From NCBI RefSeq assembly GCF_006175985.1, contig NZ_SRSH01000009.1, positions 90,719 through 122,718 of the forward strand: DNA of 32,000 bases. Direction: 5' to 3'. A model generated the notes under the pieces. It was not told the origin of the DNA. It did not search any database and was given only the letters and a program-made list of their open reading frames with translations. The DNA comes from Methylotetracoccus oryzae (lineage in GTDB: Bacteria > Pseudomonadota > Gammaproteobacteria > Methylococcales > Methylococcaceae). Shown piece by piece: positions 1-9,100 of the stretch (its first letter is position 1; each line of letters begins with the position of its first letter). The position numbers were made by a program, and so were the translations under genes.

Positions 1-336
1 GACGACGTGGAGGTGGCCTGCTACCTGTGTCTCCCGAACGGCCTGCCCTACTACCTGGGGCGTCCGGTCACCGTGATCACCTTCCGGGATGGGCGCGAGT
101 TCGAGAGCAACTACATCCGGTTTCGCCTGCTCGCGGATCCGAACTGGCCCGATGCAGCCGTCCGGGAGCCCGAAGTCGAGCGCTGGGTGACCGGGCGCGT
201 GAAACCTGTCTACCTGCTGGTGCGGCGCACCGACCGGGAATACGTGCGCCGGCGGCTACAGCGTCCCGAACTCGAGTTTACCCGTCTGCATCCGGATTAC
301 TGGGGTACCTGGGTTCCGCCGCGGGCCCCGCGGTGA
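1..336 (+). CDS. 3' end of a CDS entering from the left window edge; product unknown
   Basis: Frame 1 is open from nt 1 to the TGA at 334-336. It has a strong G/C third-position bias like the confirmed neighbours. No family recognised (ends ...LHPDYWGTWVPPRAPR). Confidence 0.5.
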   Translation, partial: DDVEVACYLCLPNGLPYYLGRPVTVITFRDGREFESNYIRFRLLADPNWPDAAVREPEVERWVTGRVKPVYLLVRRTDREYVRRRLQRPELEFTRLHPDYWGTWVPPRAPR

Positions 337-361
337 AGCATTCGACGGCGTAGGCGACACC

Positions 362-1774
362 ATGCAGTACTTACCGATTTTCGCAAAGGTGGCCGGCGAG
401 ACCTGTTTGGTTGTCGGTGGCGGCGAAGTGGCGTCACGCAAGATTGCCACGCTGCTGCGCGCCGGTGCGCGAGTGACGGTCGTGTCCCCGGAGCTCGTCC
501 CGGTAGTGGCCGAGTTGGTGACCCGGGGCCTCATCGCGCATGTTGCCAAGCCATTCGAGCCCGATGACCTGGAAGAGGTCGCGCTGGTCGTGTCAGCCAC
601 CGGCGTGCGGGCTGTCAACGAGGCGGTGGTCGCAGCGGCGCGTGAGCGCGGCATTGCCTGCAACGTGGTGGATTGCCCGGAGCTGTGCACGTTCATTTTC
701 CCGGCTATAGTCGACCGCTCGCCGGTGATCATTGCGGTCTCCACCGGTGGCGCATCACCGGTGCTTGCGCGCCTGGTGCGCGCGCAACTGGAGACCCTGC
801 TGCCGGCGGCCTACGGACGGCTGGCCGAGCTGGCCGAGCGGTTCCGGACACGGGTCAAGCAGGCTTTGACCAATGGCGATCAGCGGCGCCGGTTCTGGGA
901 GCAATGCCTGCGCGGTCCGGTCGCCGAACTGGCGCTGGCCGGCCGGGAGGACGAGGCAGCGGCGCAGTTGGAGCGGCTGATCGAAGTTGCGGCCGGTCGA
1001 TCGTCGGCGGTCGGAATGGTGTCCCTCGTCGGCGCGGGCCCGGGCGATCCGGACCTCCTGACCCTGCGGGCCTTTCGCCTGATACAGGAAGCCGATGTCG
1101 TCGTCTACGACCGACTGGTTTCGCCTGCAGTCATGGCCTTGGTCCGCAACGATGCCGAACGGATTTATGCGGGCAAGGAACGCAGCCGGCATACCTTGCC
1201 GCAGGAAGATATCAACCGTCTGCTCGCGCGTCTGGCGCGAGCGGGGCAGCATGTCGTGCGGCTAAAGGGTGGGGACCCGTTCATCTTCGGGCGCGGCGGC
1301 GAGGAGATCGAGACCTTGATGGATGAGGGTATCCCGTTTCAGGTCGTGCCCGGCATCACTGCAGCTTCCGGCTGCGCTGCCTATGCCGGGATTCCACTGA
1401 CCCACCGCGACTGCGCGCAGTCGGTCACGTTCGTGACCGGGCATTTGAAGGAGGGGTCGGTCGGCGACCTGGACTGGGAGCGGCTTGCGCAGCCACAGCA
1501 GACACTCGTGATCTATATGGGGCTCCAGGGCCTTGAGCAGATCTGTGAAGCGTTGATCGCACACGGCTGCGAGCCCGACCGTCCTGCCGCGCTGGTCCAG
1601 CAGGGAACGACTCCCGGACAGAAAGTCATTCTCGGCACGGTTTCTACCTTGCCGGGCAAGGTCGCGATGGTGGGCGCCAGCGCGCCGACCCTGGTGATCG
1701 TCGGTCAGGTCGTCCGCTTACGGCAGAAGCTGGCCTGGTTTCAGGCCGCCGCGGGACTGCCGCGCGCGCCTTGA
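362..1774 (+). CDS. cysG: Siroheme synthase (precorrin-2 dehydrogenase / sirohydrochlorin ferrochelatase fused to uroporphyrinogen-III C-methyltransferase)
   Basis: N-terminal Rossmann motif LVVGGGEVASRKI. C-terminal SUMT motifs VSLVGAGPGDPDLLTLRA and LKGGDPFIFGRGGEE. The 470 aa length is typical of CysG. Confidence 0.93.
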   Translation: MQYLPIFAKVAGETCLVVGGGEVASRKIATLLRAGARVTVVSPELVPVVAELVTRGLIAHVAKPFEPDDLEEVALVVSATGVRAVNEAVVAAARERGIACNVVDCPELCTFIFPAIVDRSPVIIAVSTGGASPVLARLVRAQLETLLPAAYGRLAELAERFRTRVKQALTNGDQRRRFWEQCLRGPVAELALAGREDEAAAQLERLIEVAAGRSSAVGMVSLVGAGPGDPDLLTLRAFRLIQEADVVVYDRLVSPAVMALVRNDAERIYAGKERSRHTLPQEDINRLLARLARAGQHVVRLKGGDPFIFGRGGEEIETLMDEGIPFQVVPGITAASGCAAYAGIPLTHRDCAQSVTFVTGHLKEGSVGDLDWERLAQPQQTLVIYMGLQGLEQICEALIAHGCEPDRPAALVQQGTTPGQKVILGTVSTLPGKVAMVGASAPTLVIVGQVVRLRQKLAWFQAAAGLPRAP

Positions 1775-1793
1775 GGGCCTCCGGGGTGTTCCG

Positions 1794-1815
1794 CCAAGCC
1801 GAACATACGGCTTGG
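1794..1815 (+). terminator. Perfect 8-bp hairpin 20 nt after the cysG stop; possible weak terminator or RNA stability element
   Basis: ccaagccg (1794-1801) pairs with cggcttgg (1808-1815) across the 6-nt loop aacata. There is no real T-tract after it (gttcagtcc), so it is not a canonical intrinsic terminator. Confidence 0.3.
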
Positions 1816-1951
1816 GTTCAGTCCAAGATCCCCTGCGTCTACGGACCGGGCATGCGATCGGGATGGCTGCTATACGGCGGCGCTGCTTGCGGGCTGCGCT
1901 GTTGCAGGCTGAGGTAGCGACAGTCCCACCCGATAGCCGGGCGACCGTAGG

Positions 1952-2719
1952 TCAGCGGAACGGAGATTTCTCGGGCGCTGCGGGGGCTGCCCCGACGTGA
2001 AGCGCCTTTAGGGTGATGCGCAGTGCCGGCAGGCCGGTATCGGCGCTGGGCGTATAGGTCAATGCCGCCTCCTCGAAGGGCGGCGTCCCGTGCGGCAGTA
2101 CGAAGAACAGGAAACCGCGTGCCGACTCGCCGCGCCTGAGATCGACGGTCCGCAATTCCTTCCGCGTATAGTCTTCGCGGCGACCGTCGGCGGCCTCGTC
2201 GTCGCGTTGGTTCAGCATCAGGGAGCCCAGCAGACCGGCAACCCGGCCCGCCAGAGCGCCGATCGGGCCGGCCAAGCCACCCACCATGCCAGCGCCGGTC
2301 ACGGCGTAGTGGGCTACGCCTGGTTTGGGCGGAAACAGCAGTGCCACTTCAGGGCCCGGGCGCGGCGTCGTCGTCTCACCGCCGGGCAAGGCCAGCGAGA
2401 ACTGTTCGGGTGCGACGTGCAGGGGAAGATCCGCAGCATTACTGACGACGACCTGGACCGGCAGCACGGCGATCGAGGCAAAATCGGCGGCGAAGATCGC
2501 TTCCTGTCGCTCGGGTTGGACGTGAGGGTCGGCGCCGAGCGAGATGGACCCTTGCCGGACCGAGTGCGGCATTGCCGGGATCGGCGCGCTGGCCGCTTCC
2601 CGCGCTTCGTAGGCCGCACACCCGGTCAGCAACAGGCAGCTGCTCAACAGTGCCGCAGTTGCGGTCGCAGCGAGTCCGCCACGCGATGGCACTTGAACGT
2701 CGAGTCGATGCGGTAACAT
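1952..2719 (-). CDS. Hypothetical lipoprotein (uncharacterised)
   Basis: Signal peptide with lipobox LLLTGC|AAY. Internal glycine-zipper-like hydrophobic stretch GAGMVGGLAGPIGALAGRVAGLLGSL. No family recognised. Confidence 0.7.
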   Translation of the reverse strand: MLPHRLDVQVPSRGGLAATATAALLSSCLLLTGCAAYEAREAASAPIPAMPHSVRQGSISLGADPHVQPERQEAIFAADFASIAVLPVQVVVSNAADLPLHVAPEQFSLALPGGETTTPRPGPEVALLFPPKPGVAHYAVTGAGMVGGLAGPIGALAGRVAGLLGSLMLNQRDDEAADGRREDYTRKELRTVDLRRGESARGFLFFVLPHGTPPFEEAALTYTPSADTGLPALRITLKALHVGAAPAAPEKSPFR

Positions 2720-2930
2720 CGGGACACCGGAAGGGTGGTGGGCTTGCTGTCAGGCCATGAGGATCGCTCAGCTGAGGGCGCGGAGCAAGCCGGCTGGTGC
2801 AATGGCGCCCTTCCGCGACCTACGTGTTCACGCCTATTGCCATGCCGCGGGGGGCGGATTAGTCTCCATTCGATAAGGCATCGGCTCGAAGCTGACGGGT
2901 CATCAGACAGCAGGTCCTTCGCTACACTGT

Positions 2931-2969
2931 GGGTTGTCGCGGTGCCCGCGTGCCAGTGGCGGGTTGTCG
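2931..2969. repeat. Direct repeat GGGTTGTCG x2 spaced exactly 30 bp, upstream of the 3012 CDS
   Basis: gggttgtcg occurs at 2931-2939 and again at 2961-2969, 43-81 nt upstream of the ATG at 3012. Function unknown. Confidence 0.4.
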
Positions 2970-3011
2970 GCGTCACCGATTTCGTGCCGTTCGCGGCAAA
3001 GGAGGTTCAAG

Positions 3012-3947
3012 ATGAACGGATGTAAAGCATTGAGGCTCGCAGTACTGGGAGTCGCGCTTTCGCCGGTCGCCGCCGTAGCGGGCGGCTGGGGATTCCTCGC
3101 TCAGGCGCTGATGGTCGAAGACATCAGCTCGAGCCGGAATGGGGGCAGTCTGGCGGCCTATTACGGCGCGGTCGGCGTGAACGTCTTTTCAACGACCAGC
3201 AGTGCCTGGTGCCGGACCGGACTCTACGACGCCACGCACACTCAGTATCTGGCGTTCTGGAACGCGCGCACGTCCGCTCCGACCAGCTTCGGGTTTGGGT
3301 TCGGGTTCGTTGCGCAAAACGATGACTGGGGCACGAACTCGACCGCGATGACGGAGAGTCTGACGTCCACGACCGGTCAAGGCTACGTGGTCGGCAAGGC
3401 CGCTATCCTGGCCGAGGAACTCCCACTGGCGGATTTCGGGATCAATATCCCGGACGCTCAGGCGACCGAGCTTTACCAGGCCTTCATCACCCTGGCGATC
3501 GAGCAGCGCTTGGCAAAGTCGCGCCGTCACTTGGGCGCCGTGCTGGCCCAGGCCGCGAGGCGGCGGACCGACCGCTTCCCGGCGATGCTGGTCGATGCCT
3601 ATGCGGAGACGATCGCCGGCAGCTGCGGTACGGACACGGCCCAGGTTGCCAAGCAGATCGAGCGCCAGGAAAAGGCCTTTCGCCGCCATGTCCAAACCTA
3701 TGGATCGCTGGTCTTTTCGCGCGGAAAAGAGGGCTTTCACTCGATCGTCGCGAATTGGGCGGCGCTGACCGCGGCCGTCTGGAACAACCAGGGTGTCCAC
3801 TCCGTGTCGGCGGTCACGTTGCGGCGTCTGGCCGGATACTACTTGCCGCTCGCCGACGAGTTGATCCGCGACGATTACCTCGCCGAACTCCGGGCGACGG
3901 CCGACCAAGTGGAAACCGAACTGGTAAGACAGTTGTTTGCGCCCTGA
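3012..3947 (+). CDS. Hypothetical secreted protein (uncharacterised)
   Basis: The ORF track starts at 2934. I prefer the ATG at 3012, which is preceded by AAGGAGG (2999-3005) and yields the Sec-type signal MNGCKALRLAVLGVALSPVAAVAGG. High GC3 throughout. S/T/G-rich N-terminal half (GFGFGF) and a helical A/L/R/E-rich C-terminal half. No family recognised. Confidence 0.75.
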   Translation: MNGCKALRLAVLGVALSPVAAVAGGWGFLAQALMVEDISSSRNGGSLAAYYGAVGVNVFSTTSSAWCRTGLYDATHTQYLAFWNARTSAPTSFGFGFGFVAQNDDWGTNSTAMTESLTSTTGQGYVVGKAAILAEELPLADFGINIPDAQATELYQAFITLAIEQRLAKSRRHLGAVLAQAARRRTDRFPAMLVDAYAETIAGSCGTDTAQVAKQIERQEKAFRRHVQTYGSLVFSRGKEGFHSIVANWAALTAAVWNNQGVHSVSAVTLRRLAGYYLPLADELIRDDYLAELRATADQVETELVRQLFAP

Positions 3948-3998
3948 AGCGCCGGTAGGCGTAGCGGGCTGGTGGCGTCCAGTCGCCGCCCCCCGCCT

Positions 3999-5375
3999 TC
4001 AGTGTCGCGTGCGCAAGGCCTCAGCCGTTTTCGCGTGTACCGCGCCGAAGCCGCCGTTGCTCATGAAGACGATGTGATCGCCGGCTCGGGCTTCGGTTCG
4101 CAGGTGATCGATGATGGCGTCGAGCGTGGGTAATACGCGGATATGCGTTGAGCTTGCCGCGACGCGCGCCGCATCCCAGCCCAGGTCCGGCGCCTGGTAG
4201 ATGATCGCCCGGTCGGCGCTGGCGAGCGATGCGGCCAGCGCATCGACGTGCACTCCCATCTTCATCGTGTTCGAGCGCGGTTCCAGGATCGCGATGATCC
4301 GGGACTCACCGACCCGCGCCCGCAAGCCCTCCAGCGTTGTCGCGATGGCTGTCGGGTGATGGGCGAAGTCGTCATACAGGGTAACGCCGTCGACTGTCGC
4401 GTGGATCTCCAGTCGGCGCTTCACGTTACGGAAGCTGCCGAGCGCGGCCGTGGCACGCTCTGGCTCGACTCCCGCATGGCGAGCTGCGGCAATGGCGGCC
4501 AGCGCATTGCGGGCATTGTGATGCCCGCTGAGTTCCCAAGCGACTTCGCCCACGGAACGGCCCTGCCAGAACACTTCAAAGCGGCTGGCATCCGCTGCCG
4601 CGAGGCGCGCTTGCCAATCGGCCGACCCCGATGGATCCAGGCCTGTCAGACCGGTGTGCTGCACCGGAGTCCAGCAGCCCATCGCCACGACCGCATCCAG
4701 ATTGCCATCGTCCGCAGGCCGAATGATCAGTCCCTCACCGGGGATGCTGCGAATCAGATGGTGGAACTGTCGCTGGATGGCCGCGAGGTCAGGGAAAATG
4801 TCCGCATGATCGTATTCCAGGTTGTTCAGGATCGCGGTTCGCGGACGGTAATGGACGAACTTCGAGCGCTTGTCGAAAAACGCCGTGTCGTACTCGTCGG
4901 CTTCGATGACGAAGAAGCGGCTCCCGCCGAGCCGCGCGGACAAACCGAAATTGAGTGGCACGCCCCCGACCAGGAAGCCGGGTTCCAGCCCGGCCTGCTC
5001 CAGAATCCAGGCCAGCATGCTGGTCGTCGTGGTTTTGCCGTGGGTCCCGGCCACGGCCAGAACCCACCGCTTGGTCAGCACGAAGTCATGCAGCCACTGT
5101 GCTCCTGAGGTGTAGGCCAGGCCCCGGTTCAGGACGGCTTCGACCTCGGGATTGCCCCGCGACAGGGCATTGCCGATGATGACGAGTTCCGGCGCCGGGT
5201 CGAGGTTGTCAGCCGCGAAGCCGCTCATCAGGCCGATCCCGTGGCGCTCGAGCTGCGTGCTCATCGGGGGATACACGTTCTGGTCCGAGCCGGTGACGTG
5301 ATGGCCCAGTTCTTTGGCCATGATCGCGAGCCCTCCCATGAAGGTCCCGCAGATGCCGAGGATATGTATGTGCAA
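3999..5375 (-). CDS. mpl: UDP-N-acetylmuramate:L-alanyl-gamma-D-glutamyl-meso-diaminopimelate ligase (murein peptide ligase)
   Basis: N-terminus MHIHILGICGTFMGGLAIMAKELGHHVTGSD, P-loop AGTHGKTTTTSMLAWIL, and 458 aa length. Mur ligase architecture typical of Mpl. Confidence 0.9.
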   Translation of the reverse strand: MHIHILGICGTFMGGLAIMAKELGHHVTGSDQNVYPPMSTQLERHGIGLMSGFAADNLDPAPELVIIGNALSRGNPEVEAVLNRGLAYTSGAQWLHDFVLTKRWVLAVAGTHGKTTTTSMLAWILEQAGLEPGFLVGGVPLNFGLSARLGGSRFFVIEADEYDTAFFDKRSKFVHYRPRTAILNNLEYDHADIFPDLAAIQRQFHHLIRSIPGEGLIIRPADDGNLDAVVAMGCWTPVQHTGLTGLDPSGSADWQARLAAADASRFEVFWQGRSVGEVAWELSGHHNARNALAAIAAARHAGVEPERATAALGSFRNVKRRLEIHATVDGVTLYDDFAHHPTAIATTLEGLRARVGESRIIAILEPRSNTMKMGVHVDALAASLASADRAIIYQAPDLGWDAARVAASSTHIRVLPTLDAIIDHLRTEARAGDHIVFMSNGGFGAVHAKTAEALRTRH

Positions 5376-5619
5376 GTGGCAATACCTGTCGTAAGGAGCG
5401 GCATTCAGCGATGTCTGGCGGAGAATTCGCCGCCCGTGGCACGACCGAAGTTCGTGCCGACGTGGGGCTTCGCCGAAATCGCTGCAGCGCGGTGGGTGTC
5501 GTTCAACGAGAGCCAGCGGACTTTGCCGCGCATCAGGCCGAGTCGGCCGCGGCGTGAAGATTTGTGGCGATCCCGGTTTGGCTTAAACTAGACGCCGTAG
5601 CGTAGCCACCTTTAGTCAC

Positions 5620-5997
5620 ATGAGCAAGAAGCACTGCATACAGATCGAAGCTGTTTCCCGGTACCTGGAATCCCAATCGGCGCCGGAAGCCGGACGTTAC
5701 GTCTTCTCCTACACGATTACGATCGTCAACAATGGCAGCGTTCCGGCGAAGCTTCTGTCGCGTCACTGGGTGATCACCGACAGTGATGGGAAAGTGCAGG
5801 AGGTGCGCGGTGACGGTGTCGTCGGCGAGCAGCCGCATCTGGTCCCGGGGCAATCCTTCCGCTACACGAGCGCGGCCATGATCGAGACGCCGCTGGGCAC
5901 GATGCAGGGCGAATATCAGATGGTGTCGGACGACGGGCAGCATTTCGATGCCGAGATCGCGCCGTTCGTGCTCGCGATCCCTCGCGTTCTGCACTGA
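5620..5997 (+). CDS. apaG: ApaG (DUF525) protein
   Basis: 125 aa. Contains ...[14 protein letters not shown]...[34 protein letters not shown], which is characteristic of ApaG. Sits immediately upstream of apaH. Confidence 0.9.
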   Translation: MSKKHCIQIEAVSRYLESQSAPEAGRYVFSYTITIVNNGSVPAKLLSRHWVITDSDGKVQEVRGDGVVGEQPHLVPGQSFRYTSAAMIETPLGTMQGEYQMVSDDGQHFDAEIAPFVLAIPRVLH

Positions 5998-6009
5998 GTT
6001 TCTCCGCGC

Positions 6010-6843
6010 ATGGCGCTGCATGCCGTCGGCGACGTGCAGGGCTGTCATGCGGAACTGCTGAGTCTGCTCGACGAAATCCGCTTTGATCCGGCCCGGGATC
6101 GGCTGCTGCTGACCGGGGATCTCGTCAATCGTGGCCCTCGATCGCTCGAGACCTTGCGCCTCATCAGATCGCTGGGAGCGGCAGCGACCACGGTACTGGG
6201 CAATCATGACCTGCATCTGCTGGCAGTGGCCTTCGGGATTTCCCGCACGAAGCGGAAGGACACATTTCACGATGTCCTCGATGCACCGGACCGCGACGAG
6301 TTGCTGAACTGGCTCCGGCGGCAACCACTCTGTCATCGCGAAGGCCGCTACACCTTGGTGCATGCGGGTTTGTCGCCTTACTGGACGGTAGACGAGGCGC
6401 GCGCCCGCGCCGCCGAGGTGGAAGCCGTGCTGCGGGGGCCCGACTGCGCCGCATTCCTGCGCCAGATGTATGGCAATGAGCCGGATCGCTGGTCGGAGCA
6501 GGCGACCGGCTGGGATCGCCTGCGCTACATCGTCAACGCCTTCACTCGCATGCGCTACGTCGCGCCGGATTGGCGGCTCGACTTCCGCGACAAGGGGCTG
6601 CCCGGTACGCAGCGTGACGGGCTCCTGCCGTGGTTCGAGATCCCGGGTCGGCGCAGCGCCGGTGCAGCAATCGTGTTCGGGCACTGGTCGACGCTGGGGT
6701 TCAGGGTGTCGGGCGGATGCCATGCGCTCGATACCGGATGCCTCTGGGGCGGCGAACTGACCGCGCTGCGTCTCGACGGAGTGTCTCAACGGGTTGCAGT
6801 GCCGTGCCTGAACGGAGCCGAGGGTTATCAGCCGAAGGGGTAG
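6010..6843 (+). CDS. apaH: Bis(5'-nucleosyl)-tetraphosphatase, symmetrical (Ap4A hydrolase)
   Basis: Metallophosphoesterase motifs [14 protein letters not shown] and GNHDLHLL, followed by the ApaH-type tail. 277 aa. Confidence 0.92.
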   Translation: MALHAVGDVQGCHAELLSLLDEIRFDPARDRLLLTGDLVNRGPRSLETLRLIRSLGAAATTVLGNHDLHLLAVAFGISRTKRKDTFHDVLDAPDRDELLNWLRRQPLCHREGRYTLVHAGLSPYWTVDEARARAAEVEAVLRGPDCAAFLRQMYGNEPDRWSEQATGWDRLRYIVNAFTRMRYVAPDWRLDFRDKGLPGTQRDGLLPWFEIPGRRSAGAAIVFGHWSTLGFRVSGGCHALDTGCLWGGELTALRLDGVSQRVAVPCLNGAEGYQPKG

Positions 6844-6876
6844 CGCGGTCGCGCCCGATCCGTATCGCCGGAAGGG

Positions 6877-8079
6877 CTACGGCACGATCTCGTGGATCTC
6901 GATCGACTGAACGGTCGTGGTGTTGCTGGGCAGCGGTGCGCTGAGGCCCTGCAGGTCGCCCGGTGACGGTGTCGGCTTGCCGCTCTTCGAGATGCGTGCG
7001 CCGATCACGATCCGCTCGAAGGACGAGAGCTTGCGTCCGGCCATCATGGCCATCGAATCGTCCAGCGTCACCTCCAATGGCAGGTCACGTACCTGACGAC
7101 GCACCACCGCGAGCGGCATCGGCGGGCCCTCGCTGGCACGGGCAAAGATGAACACGCTGTCGTCGGGCGCCGCTCTGGACTTGAGGGCGGGGGACAGGGT
7201 CACATGGACAGCAATGCGGGCGCCGGAAGCCGGCTGGGGAGCGACTGCGGGCGCGTCGCCGGATGGTGCGGCAGCCTCGGCCTGCGCGATGTAGTCGGCG
7301 ACGGTTCGATACTCTTCGCTATCGGGCGGCAGTTGCTTTGCCAGCGCGCGCCAGTAACCGGCCGCCGCGGCCATCTCGTTGCGCTCTGCCGCGCCCAGAC
7401 CGGCCAGCCATAGGCCAGTCGGGTGCCTTGGATCCCGCGCGAGGATGCCGTCAACCAGTTTCGCGGGTTCGCCGGCCATCGAGCCACCGTTGTTCTCGGC
7501 CAGCGCCTGCGCGTACAACGCGGTGATGTCGAGGTTGTCGGGAGCGAGCTTGCGTGCGAACTCGTAAGCCGTCAGCGCCTTTGCTGAGTTGCCCATGGCT
7601 TCCAGCGAGCGTCCGAGCAACAGCCATCCCTGCAGATCGTTCGGCTCTTTTGCGAGCTTGGCTGCCAGTTGTTCGACGGTGGCTTGCAGGGACTCGCGAG
7701 CCTCGGCGGTGGAGGCGGGCGGTGCGCGCACCAGATCCAGCCGTCCGAGTTGCCCGTACAACAACAGGCCGCCCGCGACGGCACCCAGGATGCCGGCGAC
7801 GACGGCTGTGCGTCCCGCCGCGGCGGATTTCGATGGCGCTGCGTCAGGCGCAGCATCCAGATCGTCGAGCAGTGTGCGGTCCAGTTCTGTCTGCAGTGCC
7901 GCTGCCTGACCGGCATCGAGATCCTCGGCTTCCAGTTCATGGCGCCGCTGCTGATGGATCAGTAGATTCAGATCGCGGCGGGCGAGGCTTGCCTGCCGAC
8001 CCCGGCTGAGCAACACCGGCAGGATAAGGCCTAGCCCGAACAGCACCAGCAGCGCTGCCAGACTCCAGAACTCGGTCAT
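6877..8079 (-). CDS. ccmI: Cytochrome c-type biogenesis protein CcmI (TPR apocytochrome chaperone)
   Basis: N-terminal TM segments (MTEFWSLAALLVLFGLGLILPVLL). TPR-like region LQGWLLLGRSLEAMGNSAKALTAYEFARKLAPDN. Lies 4 nt downstream of ccmH. Confidence 0.8.
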   Translation of the reverse strand: MTEFWSLAALLVLFGLGLILPVLLSRGRQASLARRDLNLLIHQQRRHELEAEDLDAGQAAALQTELDRTLLDDLDAAPDAAPSKSAAAGRTAVVAGILGAVAGGLLLYGQLGRLDLVRAPPASTAEARESLQATVEQLAAKLAKEPNDLQGWLLLGRSLEAMGNSAKALTAYEFARKLAPDNLDITALYAQALAENNGGSMAGEPAKLVDGILARDPRHPTGLWLAGLGAAERNEMAAAAGYWRALAKQLPPDSEEYRTVADYIAQAEAAAPSGDAPAVAPQPASGARIAVHVTLSPALKSRAAPDDSVFIFARASEGPPMPLAVVRRQVRDLPLEVTLDDSMAMMAGRKLSSFERIVIGARISKSGKPTPSPGDLQGLSAPLPSNTTTVQSIEIHEIVP

Positions 8080-8083
8080 CGGT

Positions 8084-8548
8084 TCATTTCCGGGTATCGC
8101 CTTCCAGTTGGCGCAGTCGCTCGCGCTCAGCTGCGTTTAGCTCGGGCGACCGCGTAGCGGCGTGCTGCCGGGTGCGGGATCGGATGAACAGCAGGCCGCC
8201 GGCCAATGCCAAGAACGGGCCGAGCCATAGCAACCAGGTCATGGGCTTGACCGGCGGGCGGTACAACACGAAGTCGCCATATCGCTCCACCAGAAACTGG
8301 ACCGCTTCTTCGTCGCTCTTGCCGCTCCGAATGATCTGGTAGACCTCGTCGCGAAGGTCGCGCGCCAGGTCCGCGTCGGAGTCGGCCAGGGACTGGTTTT
8401 GACAAACGAGACAGCGCAATTCCTCAACCAGCTGCTCGTAACGCAGCTGTTCGGTGGTGTCCTTGAAGGTCCGGATTTCGGTGGCGCTCGCAACGGGAAC
8501 GCAGCCGCAGCACAGAACGAGCAGGCAGGCCCGGACAGAGCGCTTCAA
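8084..8548 (-). CDS. ccmH: Cytochrome c-type biogenesis protein CcmH (apocytochrome thiol reductase)
   Basis: Signal peptide, then the LRCLVCQNQSLADSDADLARDLR motif (CXXC) and a C-terminal TM segment. Its start overlaps the ccmG stop (ATGA). Confidence 0.9.
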   Translation of the reverse strand: MKRSVRACLLVLCCGCVPVASATEIRTFKDTTEQLRYEQLVEELRCLVCQNQSLADSDADLARDLRDEVYQIIRSGKSDEEAVQFLVERYGDFVLYRPPVKPMTWLLWLGPFLALAGGLLFIRSRTRQHAATRSPELNAAERERLRQLEGDTRK

Positions 8549-9081
8549 CCCGGCTCTCCTTTGAGCTGCTGGACGAGTGGCAGCAGAATGTCGTCGATTG
8601 CCTCACGCGTCAGCGGGCCGGTGAACTTGTGCCGGATGATGCCCTTGCGGTCGATCACGAAGGTCTCGGGGACGCCGTAGACGCCCCAATCGATGCCGAT
8701 GCGCCCGTCCGCATCGAACGCGCTGCTGCGATACGGATTGCCGAGCCGCGCCAGCCATTCCAGGGCGGCATTCCGCTCGTCCTTGTAATTAAGGCCGTAA
8801 ATGGGCACGCGGTCGGTCTTCGCGAGTTCCACGAGCAACGGATGTTCCTGTCGGCACGAAACGCACCACGAGGCCCAGACGTTCAACAGGCTGACCTGTC
8901 CGCGGAACACCTCGCTGGTCAGCGCCTCGTCCGGTGCATGCAGTTGCGGCACGGAGAAAGCCGGTGCCGGCTTCCCGATGAAGGGTGACGGCACTTCGCG
9001 CGGATTGAGTGTCAGCCCTACGCCGAGTAGCACGACCATCAGCACGAAAACGACCAGCGGGATCAGGAAGGTCAGGCGCAA
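8545..9081 (-). CDS. ccmG: Thiol:disulfide interchange protein DsbE/CcmG
   Basis: Thioredoxin motif WASWCVSCRQEHP and GVYGVPETFVID. The track ORF (to 9285) runs into ccmF. I place the start at the TTG at 9081, which gives MRLTFLIPLVVFVLMVVLLGVGL and has GGGGGA upstream. The start is uncertain; the next ATG at 9039 would truncate the TM anchor. Confidence 0.85.
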   Translation of the reverse strand: MRLTFLIPLVVFVLMVVLLGVGLTLNPREVPSPFIGKPAPAFSVPQLHAPDEALTSEVFRGQVSLLNVWASWCVSCRQEHPLLVELAKTDRVPIYGLNYKDERNAALEWLARLGNPYRSSAFDADGRIGIDWGVYGVPETFVIDRKGIIRHKFTGPLTREAIDDILLPLVQQLKGEPG

Positions 9082-9100
9082 GGGCAGGGTTCCCCCGGGT

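Noticed and set aside
3288-3310. ttcgggtttgggttcgggttcgtt looked like a short tandem repeat or a tRNA T-arm-like GGTTCG
   Set aside because: It lies in frame inside the 3012-3947 CDS and simply encodes FGFGFGFV. No cloverleaf can be built around it.
5533-6789. 418-aa minus-strand ORF
   Set aside because: It is antisense to apaG and apaH and also runs across the intergenic region. It is a shadow ORF.
6844-6876. Searched for a terminator between the convergent apaH and ccmI genes, and likewise at 3948-3998 between the secreted hypothetical gene and mpl
   Set aside because: Only 4-6-bp stems without U-tracts are present (for example ggctgg/ccagtc at about 3969-3986). They are too weak to call.
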